A DNA stretch of 64,000 nt, taken from positions 2,418,001 through 2,482,000 of the forward strand of contig OZ024766.1 of NCBI GenBank assembly GCA_964016885.1, read 5' to 3'. Every line of letters begins with the position of its first letter. The stretch's first letter is position 1. Made by a program: the position numbers and the translations under genes. The notes under the pieces were generated by a model. It was not told where the DNA came from, did not search any database, and was given only the letters and a program-made list of their open reading frames with translations. This document shows positions 10,839-24,196 of this stretch, piece after piece. This DNA comes from Eledone cirrhosa (lineage: Eukaryota).

Positions 10839-12074
10839 CTAATAAATATTTGCTCTACGGTTTTCTATCTATTATCCTTCGGATTTTGGTCTTCACATTT
10901 ATTATTATTACCATATATATACCATCATCATCAACATCACCGTTTTACGTCCGTTCTTCCAGGCTAGCATGGGTTAGACGGGTTGTCCTGTTGTGGGCAA
11001 TACCAGGTCGGGTGACCTGCTCTTGCTCATACGGGAACTGATTCTGGCTTGGTTTCTACAGCTGGATGCCCTTCCTAACACCAACCTCATTTACAGTGAG
11101 TGCTGGGTGCTTTTTTTTCGTGGCACCTACACGTCCACTTTACAGAGTGGACTGGGTGCTTTTTGTTGTGACACCTACATCACCACTTTACAGTGTGGAC
11201 TGGGTACTTGTTGTTGTGACACCTACATCACCACTTTACAGTCTGGACTGGGTGATATTTGTCATGAGACCTCCACGACCACTTTGGAGGGGTGGGGCAC
11301 ATTGTCTATATGCTTTGGCTTGTTCCCGTGGGAAATCGGGTCTTCTGTATTACTGCGTGACGCCAGAGGTCACGGTCATGTGTCATCGCCTTTGAGAGGT
11401 GCAATTGGGCAAGGTCAGCTTTTATCACCTCATCCCAGGTCTTCTTGGGTCTCCCCACTCCGCGGTTTCCATTGACTTCTAGTGCTCTGCACCTTTTTAT
11501 GCAGCTGTCATCATTCATACGCATCACATGTCCATACCAATGCAACCTCCTCTCCTGCACACATCATTTGATTCCTCTTATGCTCAGCCTCTCTCTCAAT
11601 TTGTTTATACTTTGCTGTTCGCGTATATTACTATTACACATCCATCGGAGCATGCAGGCTTCGTTTCTTTCTAATCAACGCAAGTCTTCTACACACGGCA
11701 CCCAGGTCTCACTACCATGTATTCACCATACAGTCTGCCTTTTATTTTGAGGGAAAAGCCTTTTGCAGCCAGCAGTGGCAGTAGCTCCCTAAATATATAT
11801 ATATATACTTGGGAACTTGTGTGGGTATGTAGATATTTGTATTATATATATATATAAACATATAAAAATATATACATAAAATGTTGACAAAGAAGGGTTT
11901 CTCTCTACATATGAACGGTCGGTTATATGATGCCTGTGTGAGATGCGCGATGCTGCATGGTAGTGAGACATGGGCAGCAACTGCAGAGGATATGCGATGG
12001 CTGGAGAGAAATGAAGCAAGCATGCTCCGTTGGATGTGTAATGTCAATGTGTGTGAACGACCAAGCATAGACAA

Positions 12075-13915
12075 GTTGAAAGAGAAACTGTGTTTAAGAG
12101 GGATAAGTTGTAGTGTGCGGGAGAGAAGACTGAGATGGTATGGACATGTGATGTGTTGAGAGAGAAACTGGGTATTAGAGGCATAAGTTGTGGTGTGTGG
12201 GAGAGAAGACTGAGATGGTATGGGCATGTGATGTGTTGAGAGAGAAACTGGGTATAAGAGGGATAAGTTGTGGTGTGTGGGAGAGAAGACTGAGATGGTA
12301 TGGACATGTGATGTGTTAAGAGAGAAACTGGGTATAAGAGGGATAAGTTTTAGTGTGTGGGAGAGAAGACTGAGATGGTATGGACATGTGATGTGTTGAG
12401 AGAGAAACTGGGTATTAGAGGCATAAGTTGTGGTGTGTGGGAGAGAAGATTGAGATGGTATGGACATGTGATGTGTTGATAGAGAAACTGGGTATAAGAG
12501 GGATAAGTTGTGGTGTGTGGGAGAGAAGACTGAGATGGTATGGACATGTGATGTGTTAAGAGAGAAACTGGGTATAAGAGGGATAAGTTTTAGTGTGTGG
12601 GAGAGAAGACTGAGATGGTATGGACATGTGATGTGTTGAGAGAGAAACTGGGTATTAGAGGCATAAGTTGTGGTGTGTGGGAGAGAAGACTGAGATGGTA
12701 TGGACATGTGATGTGTTGAGAGAGAAACTGGGTATAAGAGGGATAAGTTGTGGTGTGCGGGAGAGAAAACTGAGATGGTATGGGCATGTGATGTGTTGAG
12801 AGAGAAACTGGGTATAAGAGGGATAAGTTGTGGTGTGTGGGAGAGAAGACTGAGATGGTATGGGCATGTGATGTGTTGAGAGAGAAACTGGGTATGAGAG
12901 GGATAAGTTGTGGTGTGCGGGAGAGAAGACTGAGATGGTATGGGCATGTGATGTGTTGAGAGAGAAACTGGGTATAAGAGGGATAAGTTGTGGTGTGTGG
13001 GAGAGAAGACTGAGATGGTATGGGCATGTGATGTGTTGAGAGAGAAACTGGGTATAAGAGGGATAAGTTGTGGTGTGCGGGAGAGAAGACTGAGATGGTA
13101 TGGGCATGTGATCTGTTGAGAGAGAAACTGGGTATAAGAGGGATAAGTTGTGGTGTGCGGGAGAGAAGACTGAGATGGTATGGGCATGTGATGTGTTGAG
13201 AGAGAAACTGGGTATAAGAGGGATAAGTTGTGGTGTGCGGGAGAGAAGACTGAGATGGTATGGGCATGTGATGTGTTGAGAGAGAAACTGGGTATAAGAG
13301 GGATAAGTTGTGGTGTGTGGGAGAGAAGACTGAGATGGTATGGACATGTGATGTGTTAAGAGAGAAACTGGGTATAAGAGGGATAAGTTTTAGTGTGTGG
13401 GAGAGAAGACTGAGATGGTATGGACATGTGATGTGTTGAGAGAGAAACTGGGTATAAGAGGGATAAGTTGTGGTGTGTGGGAGAGAAGACTGAGATGGTA
13501 TGGGCATGTGATGTGTTGAGAGAGAAACGGGGTATAAGAGGGATAAGTTGTGGTGTGTGGGAGAGAAGACTGAGATGGTATGGGCATTTGATGTGTTGAG
13601 AGAGAAACTGGGTATAAGAGGGATAAGTTTTAGTGTGTGGGAGAGAAGACTGAGATGGTATGGGCATGTGATGTGTTGAGAGAGAAACTGGGTATAAGAG
13701 GGATAAGTTGTGGTGTGTGGGAGAGAAGACTGAGATGGTATGGGCATGTGATGTGTTGAGAGAGAAACTGGGTATAAGAGGGATAAGTTGTGGTGTGTGG
13801 GAGAGAAGACTGAGATGGTATGGACATGTGATGTGTTGAGAGAGAAACTGGGTATAAGAGGGATAAGTTGTGGTGTGTGGGAGAGAAGACTGAGATGGTA
13901 TGGACATGTGATGTG
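12075..13915 (+). repeat. 80-bp minisatellite, 23 units
   Basis: gagagaagactgagatggta at 12121, 12201 ... 13881. Confidence 0.97.
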
Positions 13916-14747
13916 CATCGAGGATGACTGCTGGGTATTAAGTCATTGCATGGTTGTCTCTCCTGGAAGTTTAAGTCCGTTACATTTGTTTGTGACACCC
14001 TTACAACATCGAATGTTGGTGTCACATATGTTGCCCCAAGCAGCGGGAGAAGAGAATTAGGGCATACTAGACAGACATAACAGGAAATACAAGCAGTGAG
14101 ATGCTACACAAGATCTCAATAAACAAGTTAACCAGTGTTGGACCAGACAATGTCATGTCATTATCTGCCACTAGGTGGCAGGGGAGTTGTTTTTCTCGTA
14201 TGAGAACCATATAGTCAAACAGAAATCTTCTGTTACAGGTCCAGTCAAATCAATTAACAATGGGTAGGCAACGCTTACTAAGTTACGGGACTGACCTGGT
14301 GGGCACACCTTGAGGTAACAGCTTGTCCCCACTTCATGCCATGAAAAGCCAGATTAACTGGCTAAGGGACCTTACCCCAGTACCACTGACCACAGGATTA
14401 ATGGGCTCCTGTGCCCAGCTAATTTGAGATATAATGATTCCTAAGGATATTTGGCCTTTCTTAGTCACCTGAGTAGGTGTCAGCTCTCTTACAACAGCAT
14501 GGCCATTGTCTACAGAAATATCTTTGCTGTTTTGTCCATGGGGTGCAGCAGAAACATTTCCCTGACTTCCCTGTCGAGTCTGTCACCCTCGCCTAATAGT
14601 CCTTACTCTTTTCTTCACTAAGTTCTTCCTCTACTTTCCTTTACAGTCAGATTTGCCCTTCTTCACCCTTTCTCCCTTGGCTTTTCATATACTTAATTTT
14701 CTTGATATCTTTTTTTTAAATATTTCCATTGTATAACTTCTGTTTGT

Positions 14748-15125
14748 AAAATATAGTTGACATGTGTATGACAGCTATCAAAATACAGTTGACATATGTA
14801 TGACAGGTATCAAAATATAGTTGACATGTGTATGACAGGTATCAAAATATAGTTGACATATGTATGACAGTTATCAAAATACAGTTGACATATGTATGAC
14901 AGGTATCAAAATATAGTTGACATGTGTATGACAGGTATCAAAATATAGTTGACATATGTATGACTGCTATCAAAATACAGTTGACATATATATGACAGCT
15001 ATCAAAATATAGTTGACATATGTATGACAGGTATCAAAATATAGTTGACATGTGTATGACAGCTATATAGTTGACATATCTGTGACAGGTATCAAAATAC
15101 AGTTGACATATGTATGACAGATATC
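14748..15125. repeat. 32-bp minisatellite, 12 units
   Basis: Same unit; same 6-bp-short variant as unit 2. Confidence 0.95.
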
Positions 15126-15626
15126 AAAATAAAAGCCTAATTTATAGAATTGATTAGGTAAAAATGAATCAATAAAAAAAAAGGAAAAGACACACATACT
15201 TCCTTAATTACACACCACAACAGGGAATGTTGGTGTTGCTCCCAAGATTTAATATAGCAGACAAGACATTACCTCAGATGATAGAGGGACCCTTAATTAC
15301 ACACACTATAGCAAGCAATGTTAGTGTTGATAAACCAATGATGAAATTTCGGCATAGATTTAAAATTAATTCAAAAAGTCAAGAATAGATCAAAGAAAGA
15401 TTTTAATTTTAAATGAAAATATATTTGTAAAAATGGCCAGCAATGTTTGGAGTCTATCAAACTGCCAAGTATTCACATTTGATATTGGTGGAAAATAAGT
15501 TTAGATTTGTAAGAGGAAGGGTGTCTCGTGTTTCACAGTTAAAAACTTTCCTTCCTCTGTATGTTTGTGTGTAAGTAACTGTTAGAGAAAAAATATTTCC
15601 CACATATTTCAGAGTGTAAAAAGTTT

Positions 15627-16856
15627 CTAACCAGTGTGTGTTATTTTGTGTTTATTATATTCACTGTTACTAATAAAAGATTCCCCACATATTTCACAGG
15701 GATAAGGTTTCTCTCCAGAGTGTGTTCGTTTGTGACTAGTTAAAAAACTGTTTGTTACAAAAGATTTCCCACATATTTCACAATGATAGGGTTTCTCTCC
15801 AGTATGTATTCTTTTATGTATAGTTAAATAACTGCTCTGTACAAACGCTTTCCCACATATATCACATGGATAGGGTTTCTCTCCAGTGTGTGCCCTTCTG
15901 TGAACTATAAGAACAGCACTATCAGCAAAAGATTTCCCACATATTTCACATTTAAAAGGTTTCTCTCCCGTGTGAAGACGTATATGTCTAACAAGATTAG
16001 ATTTCTCTCCAAAAGATTCTCCACATACTTCACAGGGAAATAGTTTTTCTCCACTGTGACTACGTAAATGCCTAATAAAATTGTAATTCTGGCTGAAAGA
16101 TTTCCCACATGTTTCACATTTGAAGGGTTTCTCTCCAGTATGTGTTCTTTTGTGAACTGCAACACCACCGAACTCAGAGAAAGATTTCCCACATATTTCA
16201 CAATGATAGGGTTTTTCTCCAGTATGTGTTCTATAGTGGCGAGTCAAGTCACTACGCCTGCTAAAAGATTTCCCACATATTTCACAATGATAGGGTTTTT
16301 CTCCAGTATGTGTTCTATAGTGTAAAGTTAAATTATTGTTATTAGGAAAAGATTTCCCACATACATCACAATGATAGGGTTTCTCTCCGGTATGTATTCT
16401 TTTATGTTCAGTTAAATAATCAGTTCTTACAAAAGTTTTCCCACATATATCACAATGATTGCGTTTCTCTCGTGTGTGTGATCTTTTGTGGTTAGTCAAT
16501 TCACCACTCCTATTAAAAGATTTCCCACATATTTCACAATGAAAAGGTTTCTCTCCTGTGTGTGTTCTTTTGTGGTTAGTCAAGTCACCACTCCTATTAA
16601 AAGATTTCCCACATATGTCACAATGATAGGGTTTGTCTTTAATATGTATGAGTTCGTGTGTAGATAATTCATCTTCTGATGAGAAAGTTTCACTACAAAC
16701 CCCACAGCTATATTCAGGAATATTTCCGTGTAATGATCCCTGTTCAGTATATGTTTCAGTAGGTAATGGGTTCTCACCACTGTATGTCTGTGTAACTGTA
16801 TCTATATCGGTAGAAACAGGTGTGGTATACATGTCCAAGTATTTAACGCCCTCCAT
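15627..16856 (-). CDS. C2H2 zinc-finger protein, family A copy 3 (13 fingers)
   Basis: 409 aa = copy 1 plus 4x28 aa; same leader and last 7 fingers. Confidence 0.93.
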   Translation of the reverse strand: MEGVKYLDMYTTPVSTDIDTVTQTYSGENPLPTETYTEQGSLHGNIPEYSCGVCSETFSSEDELSTHELIHIKDKPYHCDICGKSFNRSGDLTNHKRTHTGEKPFHCEICGKSFNRSGELTNHKRSHTREKRNHCDICGKTFVRTDYLTEHKRIHTGEKPYHCDVCGKSFPNNNNLTLHYRTHTGEKPYHCEICGKSFSRRSDLTRHYRTHTGEKPYHCEICGKSFSEFGGVAVHKRTHTGEKPFKCETCGKSFSQNYNFIRHLRSHSGEKLFPCEVCGESFGEKSNLVRHIRLHTGEKPFKCEICGKSFADSAVLIVHRRAHTGEKPYPCDICGKAFVQSSYLTIHKRIHTGEKPYHCEICGKSFVTNSFLTSHKRTHSGEKPYPCEICGESFISNSEYNKHKITHTG

Positions 16857-18169
16857 AGTAATTCTTGAAGAATTCTTCGAAGTTCTGAAGATATATAACT
16901 GTGTAAGACTGATGTAGGTATAAGAAAGAGGGAGTCTGTGTTTGTTTGCGTCTTAATAAATGAGGATTGTTCACCACGGAGTGTAGAAAAGTACACAATA
17001 TCTGCTGTGTTAACAATACAAATAATACGTACTTTATATTTCAAGTCCAAATGTAAAGTCAAGAAAGACCAGGAAAGCTAATTGTTCAGATGTTGGTGAT
17101 TTAAACCTATTTCTCACTGTCCTGTAAAATGTGGAACAACCAATTCACGATGTAGCGTAGTTTCTCATAAAATGAAATATTTAATCATGTAGGAGATGGA
17201 ACACCTACCCTGGAACATGTAGCTCACTCTATGTTATCTTTAGAATATTAACTTTCACCTTAACATGAGATAATTGCTACACAAGATATAATTAGATTAA
17301 TTAAAGTTATAATTAAGATAGCAGGTACGTGACGACGTTGGTAATGTTTCCTTCTGCGGAACAACACCGGTGTAATACGTTAAAAGTCCTTGACATAATT
17401 TAATACCTTCAGTTATATCAATTCACTCCATCAATTTTATCCAACACATCTTCCCTTCCACCCCCTCTCGTTTGAACTCGCACGCAACCGCAGCTCTCTC
17501 CCTCTTCACCAATTACTCCCGACCCCGCTTAAACACTTGCCATTACATCACCAACACCACCACCTTCCGTGGGTACAACCGCCAATTCTTAGTAGTCCCC
17601 GACTGCTGTACCATCCTGTCTATGCGCCCCACTGCACGCTAAGGTGAAGCGAAGCAGAGTTAGTAAGTGTTGTTAGAGATGAAATAACATAGAATAAATG
17701 GTTTCGTTTAAATATAAAATTTACTCCACTTCCGTGAATAAAGGAACAAAGAATGAGATTACTTCTCGTCATAAAAATTGCCGATGTTTTTGTTGTTATT
17801 TCGTTATGGTGAAATAGAGAGTTGCAAGATGGTTGGTTAGTCGTAGCAGTAAGGTAGTAGTCCTCGCCCAGTGACAAGGGTAGGTGACGTTTTATTTTGG
17901 TTATAGAAAATTCTCTTTGTCCCTTCAGGACAGCCTATTTATACTGATCTATGACCTCCCGCTATCTTCTCCTCCCTTGGCGTCGTTAAATCTAGCATCA
18001 GGATTCTTCATGGGTTTTTCTGTAGGTGTGGTCAAAGGTCGATTTTTATTGGCCCAATCTACTTTTGAAGGGTTCTTTTAAAACCCACAATAAAAATTCT
18101 CATTTAAATGAAAGTAAATCTATTCACTGATAATAGTATATGATAGTGCACATACTTAAATATGGAATG

Positions 18170-18385
18170 TTACGCGATGCCCCTCCCTCCCTCCAATAAA
18201 GACACTATGGAGAAGGCGTTCCCCCGGGGGACGGTAAGGGAGATGCGCTGGAAAAGCCATTCCAACTCGCGGGGTTCACACCTGTGGCTGGCCAGCTCAG
18301 TGCCTATGGTGGTAAGTAGGGAGGTAGCCCTAGGGCCGAGGACACTAGAAGTCTCCACTGCCAGGGATTTCTTAAACGAGGTTAT
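18170..18385 (-). mobile_element. CRE-like non-LTR retrotransposon 3' fragment
   Basis: AVETSSVLGP...WLFQRISLTVPRGNAFSI C-terminal motif. Confidence 0.65.
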
Positions 18386-19887
18386 ATGTGTGTACATAAA
18401 TATATATATAGTAAGAAAAAAAAAAAAATTTCAAATCCAATGTTATTTAGGATTGGGAATGTACTTTGGATTGTGGAAGAAGTTTGTACTAATTATAAAG
18501 GTTGTTTGGTTTAATTCGTAAGTTATAGAAGAGGCGTATTGTAATTCCAATATGGGAAAATACTGAGTGATATAAAATTGTCAAGGTAAAATTATCTCAG
18601 GTTAGCTGATATTAATACATGGTCATTTAAGTTGTATTTAAATCTTAATATTGTTTTTGAATATCTATTAGAGTTTAGACAGAAGAATATAATTTTCATT
18701 GGAAGAAACTACCTTCATCAGTTGTTAGCTGTCGAGACACTGCATCCTTTAAGGCCTCCATGCTTCCCGAGATCCGCCAACACTACAGCTAATGTTCCCC
18801 CTCCATACACATACACACATGTATACCATGACGCTGTTCACTTCCCTGACATTTGTGTATTATTCTATGTACTATACATACACCTTTGACGAGTTGTAGT
18901 GCACCTGAGCACTTTACACAATAATTTCATTATTATTATTTTTTATTTTTTTATTAAGTCAATTCGGTTAGATTGTAAGTTTTATTCAGTTGCATAAATA
19001 ACGTTACAAATGGGAGTGAAAATATAAACTCATGATATATACAGAGCACATAAATAAATTTACAGTAGAATAACTTGAGAAATATGTTTTAAATATATAC
19101 ATAAATAACATTACAAATGCTTAAATAACATTATAAATTGTTCGCGATTCTTTCAGGATATATTCTTTTAATGTTGCACACTTTACAGTGTGGGTTGGGT
19201 GCTTTTTGTTGCGACACCTACATCACCACTTTACAGTGTGGACTGGGTGATATTTGTCATGAGACCTACACGATCACTGTGGAGAATGGTGGGGGCACAT
19301 TGTCTATATGCTTCGGCTTGTACCCGTGGGAAGTCGGGTCTTCTGTATTTCTGTGTGGCGTCACAGGTTACGGTCATGTGTCATCGCCTTTGAGAGGTGT
19401 AATTGGGTAAGGTCGGCTTTTATCATCTCATCCCATCTCTTCTTGGGTCTCCCCACTCCACGGTTTCCATTGACTTCTAGTGCTCTGCACCCTTTTTATG
19501 CAGCTGTCATCCTTCATACGCATCACATGTCCATACCAACACAACCTCCTCTCCTGGACACAGCATTTGATTCTTCTTATGCTCAGTCTCTCTCTCAATT
19601 CATTTATGCTTTGCCATTCGCGTATATTACTATTACACATCCATCGGAGCATGCAGGCTTCGTTTCTTTCTAATCAACGCAAGTCTTCTACACACAGCAC
19701 CCAGGTTTCACTACCATGTAACATTGCTGTTCGTATGCATGCACATGCAGTCTGCCTTTCATTTTGAGGGAAAAGCCTTTTGCAGCCAGCAGCTCCCTAA
19801 ATATATATATATACTTGGGAACTTGTGTGGGTATGTAGATATTTGTATTATATATATATATAAACATATAAAAATATATACATAAAA

Positions 19888-20375
19888 TGTTGACAAAGAA
19901 GGGTTTCTCTTTACATACGAAAGGTCGGTTATATGATGCCTGTGTGAGATGCGCGATGCTGCATGGTAGTGAGAGATGGGCAGCAACTGCAGAGGATATG
20001 CGACGGCTGGAGAGAAATGAAGCAAGCATGCTCCGTTGGATGTGCAATGTCAATGTGCGTGAATGACCAAGCATAGACAAGTTGAGAGAGAAACTGTGTT
20101 TAAGAGGGATAAGTTGTGGTGTGTGGGAGAGAAGACTGAGATGGTATGGACATGTGATGTGCATCGAGGATGACCACTGGGTAAAGAAATGCCAAGAAAT
20201 TGTAGTAAAGGAAGACCACAAAAATCATGGGCAGAGGTGCTGAGAGCAGACCTCAGATCGCTGAAGCTCACAGAGGAGATGACGAAGGACCGTGACAAGT
20301 GGAGAGATGCTGTGCTGAATAGGACCCATCCCACCCTTGCAAGCAGAGAAAAGCAGACTTAAAATGATGATGATG
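19888..20375 (+). mobile_element. Same RTE remnant with intact 3' end and (GAT)n tail
   Basis: Single copy of the 80-bp unit, then WVKKCQEIVV..., ending gacttaaaatgatgatgatg. Confidence 0.85.
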
Positions 20376-20689
20376 AAATGATTCCTAGGGATATTTGGCC
20401 TTTCTTAGTCACCTGAGTAGGTGTCAGCTCTCTTGCAACAGCATGGCCATTGTCTACAGAAATATCTTTGCTGTTTTGTCCATGGGGTGCAGCAGAAACA
20501 TTTCCCTGACTTCCCTGTTGAGTCTGTCACCCTCGCCTAATAGTCCTTACTCTTTTCTTCACTAAGTTCTTCCTCTACTTTCCTTTACAGTCAGATTTGC
20601 CCTTCTTCACCCTTTCTCCCTTGGCTTTTCATATACTTAATTTTCTTGATATCTTTTTTAAATATTTCCATTGTATAACTTCTGTTTGT

Positions 20690-20849
20690 AAAATACAGTT
20701 GACATATGTATGACAGGTATCAAAATATAGTTGACATATGTATGACAGTTATCAAAATACAGTTGACATATGTATGACAGCTATCAAAATACAGTTGACA
20801 TATGTATGACAGGTATCAAAATACAGTCGATATATGTATGACAGGTATC
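20690..20849. repeat. 32-bp minisatellite, 5 units
   Basis: Same unit. Confidence 0.95.
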
Positions 20850-21340
20850 AAAATAAAAGCCTAATTTATAGAATTGATTAGGAAAAAAATCAATCAATAA
20901 AAAAAAAGGAAAAGACACACATACTTCCTTAATTACACACTACAACAGGGAATGTTGGTGTTGCCCCCAAGATTTAATATAGCAGGCAAGACATTATCTC
21001 AGGTGATAGAGGGTCCCTTAATTACACACACTATAGCAAGCAATGTTAGTGTTGACAAACCAATGCTGAAATTTCTGGCATAGAATTAAAAGTAATTCAA
21101 AAAGTCAAGAAAAGATCAGAGAAAGATTTTAATTTCAAATGAAAATATATTTGTAAAAATGGCCAGCAATGTTTGGAGTCTATCAAACTGTCAAGTATTC
21201 ACATTTGATATTGTTTAGATTTGTAAGAGGAAGGGTGTCCCCTGTTTCACAGTTAAAAACTTTCCTTCCACTGTATGATTGTGTCTAAGTAACTGTTAGA
21301 GAAAAAATATTTCCCACATATTTCACAATGTAAAAAGTTT

Positions 21341-22486
21341 CTAACCAGTGTGTGTTATTTTGTGTTTATTATATTCACTGTTACTAATGAAAGATTCCCC
21401 ACATATTTCACAATGATAGGTTTTCTCTCCAGTGTGTGTTCGTTTGTGACTAGTTAAAAAACTGTTTGTTACAAAAGATTTCCCACATATTTCACAATGA
21501 TAGGGTCTCTCTCCAGTATGTATTCTTCTATGTACAGTTAAATAACTGCTCTGTACAAACGCTTTGCCACATATATCACATGGATAGGGTTTCTCTCCAG
21601 TGTGTGCTCTTTTGTGAACTATAAGTACAGCACTATCAGCAAAAGATTTGCCACATACTTCACAGTGAAAAGGTTTCTCTCCGGTGTGAATACGTATATG
21701 TCTAACAAGATTAGGCTTCTCAGCAAAAGATTCCCCACATACTTCACAGGGAAATAGTTTTTCTCCACTGTGACTACGTAAATGCCTAACAAAATTGTAA
21801 TTCTTGCTGAAAGATTTCCCACATGTTTCACATTTGAAGGGTTTCTCTCCAGTATGTATTCTTTTGTGAACTGCAACACCACCGTACTCAGAGAAAGATT
21901 TCCCACATATTTCACAATGATAGGGTTTCTCTCCAGTGTGTGTTCTATAGTGTCGAGTCAATTGACTACTCCTGCCAAAAGATTTCCCACATATGTCACA
22001 ATGATAGGGTTTTTCTCCAGTATGTGTTCTATAGTGTAAAGTTAAATTATTGTTAGAAGGAAAAGATTTCCCACATACTTCACAATGATAGGGTTTCTCT
22101 CCGGTATGTGTTCTTTTATGTTCAGTTAAATAACTACTTCTTACAAAAGATTTCCCACATACTTCACAATGATTGGGTTTCTCTTGTGTGTGTGTTCTTT
22201 TGTGGTTAGTCAAGTCACCACTCCTATTAAAAGATTTCCCACATATGTCACAATGATAGGGTCTGTCTTTAGTATGTATGTGTTCGTGTGTAGATAATTC
22301 ATCTTCTGATGAGAAAGTTTCACTACAAATCTCACAGCTATATTCAGGAATATTTCTGTGTAATGATCCTTGTTCAGTACATGTTTCACTAGGTAAAGGT
22401 TTCTCACCACTGTATGTCTGTGTAACTGTATCTATATCGGTAGAAACAGGTGTGGTATACATGTCCAAGTATTTAACGTCATCCAT
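21341..22486 (-). CDS. C2H2 zinc-finger protein, family A copy 4 (12 fingers)
   Basis: 381 aa = copy 1 plus 3x28 aa. Confidence 0.93.
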   Translation of the reverse strand: MDDVKYLDMYTTPVSTDIDTVTQTYSGEKPLPSETCTEQGSLHRNIPEYSCEICSETFSSEDELSTHEHIHTKDRPYHCDICGKSFNRSGDLTNHKRTHTQEKPNHCEVCGKSFVRSSYLTEHKRTHTGEKPYHCEVCGKSFPSNNNLTLHYRTHTGEKPYHCDICGKSFGRSSQLTRHYRTHTGEKPYHCEICGKSFSEYGGVAVHKRIHTGEKPFKCETCGKSFSKNYNFVRHLRSHSGEKLFPCEVCGESFAEKPNLVRHIRIHTGEKPFHCEVCGKSFADSAVLIVHKRAHTGEKPYPCDICGKAFVQSSYLTVHRRIHTGERPYHCEICGKSFVTNSFLTSHKRTHTGEKTYHCEICGESFISNSEYNKHKITHTG

Positions 22487-24196
22487 AGTAATTCTTGAAG
22501 AATTCTTCGAAGTTCTGAAGATATATAACTGTGTAAGACTGATGTAGGTATAAGAAAGAGGGAGTCTGTGTTTTTTTGTGTCTTAATAAATCAGGATTGT
22601 TCCCCACGGAGTGTAGAAAAGTACACAATATCTGCTGTGTTAACAATACAAATAATACGTACTTTATATTTCAAGTCCAAATGTAAAGTCAAGAAAGCTA
22701 ATTGTTCAGATGTTGGTGATTTAAACCTATTTCTCACTGTCCTGTAAAATGTGAAACAACCAATTCACGATGTAGCGTAGTTTCTCATAAAATGAAATAT
22801 TTAATCATGTAGGAGATGGAACACCTACCCTGGAACATGTAGCTCACTCTATGTTATCTTTAGAATATTAACTTTCAGTTTAACATGAAATAATTGCTAC
22901 ACAAGATATAATTAGATTAATTAAAGTTATAATTAAGAGAGCAGGTACGTGGTGTCGTTGGCAAAGTTTCGCTCTCCTGAATAACACCGGTGTCATACGT
23001 TAAAAGTCCCTGACATAATTTAAGACCTTCTGTTATATCAATTCACTCCATCAATTTTATCCAACACATCTTCCCTTCCACCCCCTCTCGTTTGAACTCG
23101 CACGCAACCGCAGCTCTCTCCCTCTTCACCAATTCCTCCCGACCCCGCTTAAACACTTGCCATTACATCACCAACACCACCACCTTCCGTGGGTACAACC
23201 GCCAATTCTTAGTAGTCCCCGACTGCTGTACCATCCTGTCTATGCGCCCCACTGCACGCTAAGGTGAAGCGAAGCAGAGTTAGTAAGTGTTGTTAGAGAT
23301 GAAATAACATAAAATAAATGGTTTCGTTTAAATATAAAATTTACTCCACTTCCGTGAATAAAGGAACAAAGAATGAGATTACTTCTCGTCATAAAAATTG
23401 CCGATGTTCTTGTTGTTATTTCGTTATGGTGAAATAGAGAGTTGCAAGATGGTTGGTTAGTCGTAGCAGTAAGGTAGTAGTCCTCGCCCAGTGACAAGGG
23501 TAGGTGACGTTTTATTTTGGTGATAGAAAATTCTCTCTGTCCCCTAAGGACAGCCTATTTATACTGATCTATGACCTCCCGCTATCTTCTCCCTTGGCGT
23601 CGTTAAATCTAGCATCAGGATTCTTCATGGGTTTTTCTGTAGGTGTGGTCAAAGGTCGATTTTTATTGGCCCAATCTACTTTTGAAGGGTTCTTTTAAAA
23701 CCCGCAATAAAAATTCTCATTTAAATGCAAGTAAATCTATTCACTGATAATAGTATATGACAGTGCACATACTTAAATATGGAATGTTACGCGATGCCCC
23801 CCCCCCCCCCCTCACACACACACAGCCCCGGCGGACAGGATGGAGAAGGCGTTCCCCTGGAGGACGGCAAGGGAGATGCGCTGGAAAATCCATTTTGAAT
23901 GTGGGTTTTAAGAGAAACCCTCAAAAGTAGATTGGGCCTATAAAAATCGACCTTTGACCACACCTACAGAAAAACACACGAAGAATCCCTAAAAATAGTT
24001 ATTTCACTAAAGTTCCTCATACATTTAGCCCTGTATGTCAAATGTTGAACATTTATGTAAATTTTAATACATATTTATTTCATAAACAACATTGCAAATA
24101 GTTTGCAATTCTTTCAGAATGAAAATATAAACAGAGCATATGAATAAATTTACAGTAGAATAACATAACAAATATGTTTTAAATATATACATAAAT

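Larger units (their letters stand above)
10740..17445. repeat. Tandem segmental duplicate, unit 3 (expanded 80-bp array, 4 extra fingers)
   Basis: Colinear with units 1/2 until ~17445. Confidence 0.93.
19178..23890. repeat. Segmental duplicate, unit 4 (more diverged); 23060-23790 duplicates 17440-18180
   Basis: Same RTE pair, 32-bp array, ZNF and upstream block. Confidence 0.9.

Noticed and set aside
12075-13915. CRISPR-like regular arrays (80, 65, 48, 32, 31 bp)
   Set aside because: Head-to-tail units with no unique spacers, no cas genes, eukaryotic context
11742-14025. Long Ser/His/Pro-rich ORFs up to 481 aa
   Set aside because: Antisense reading of the 80-bp array
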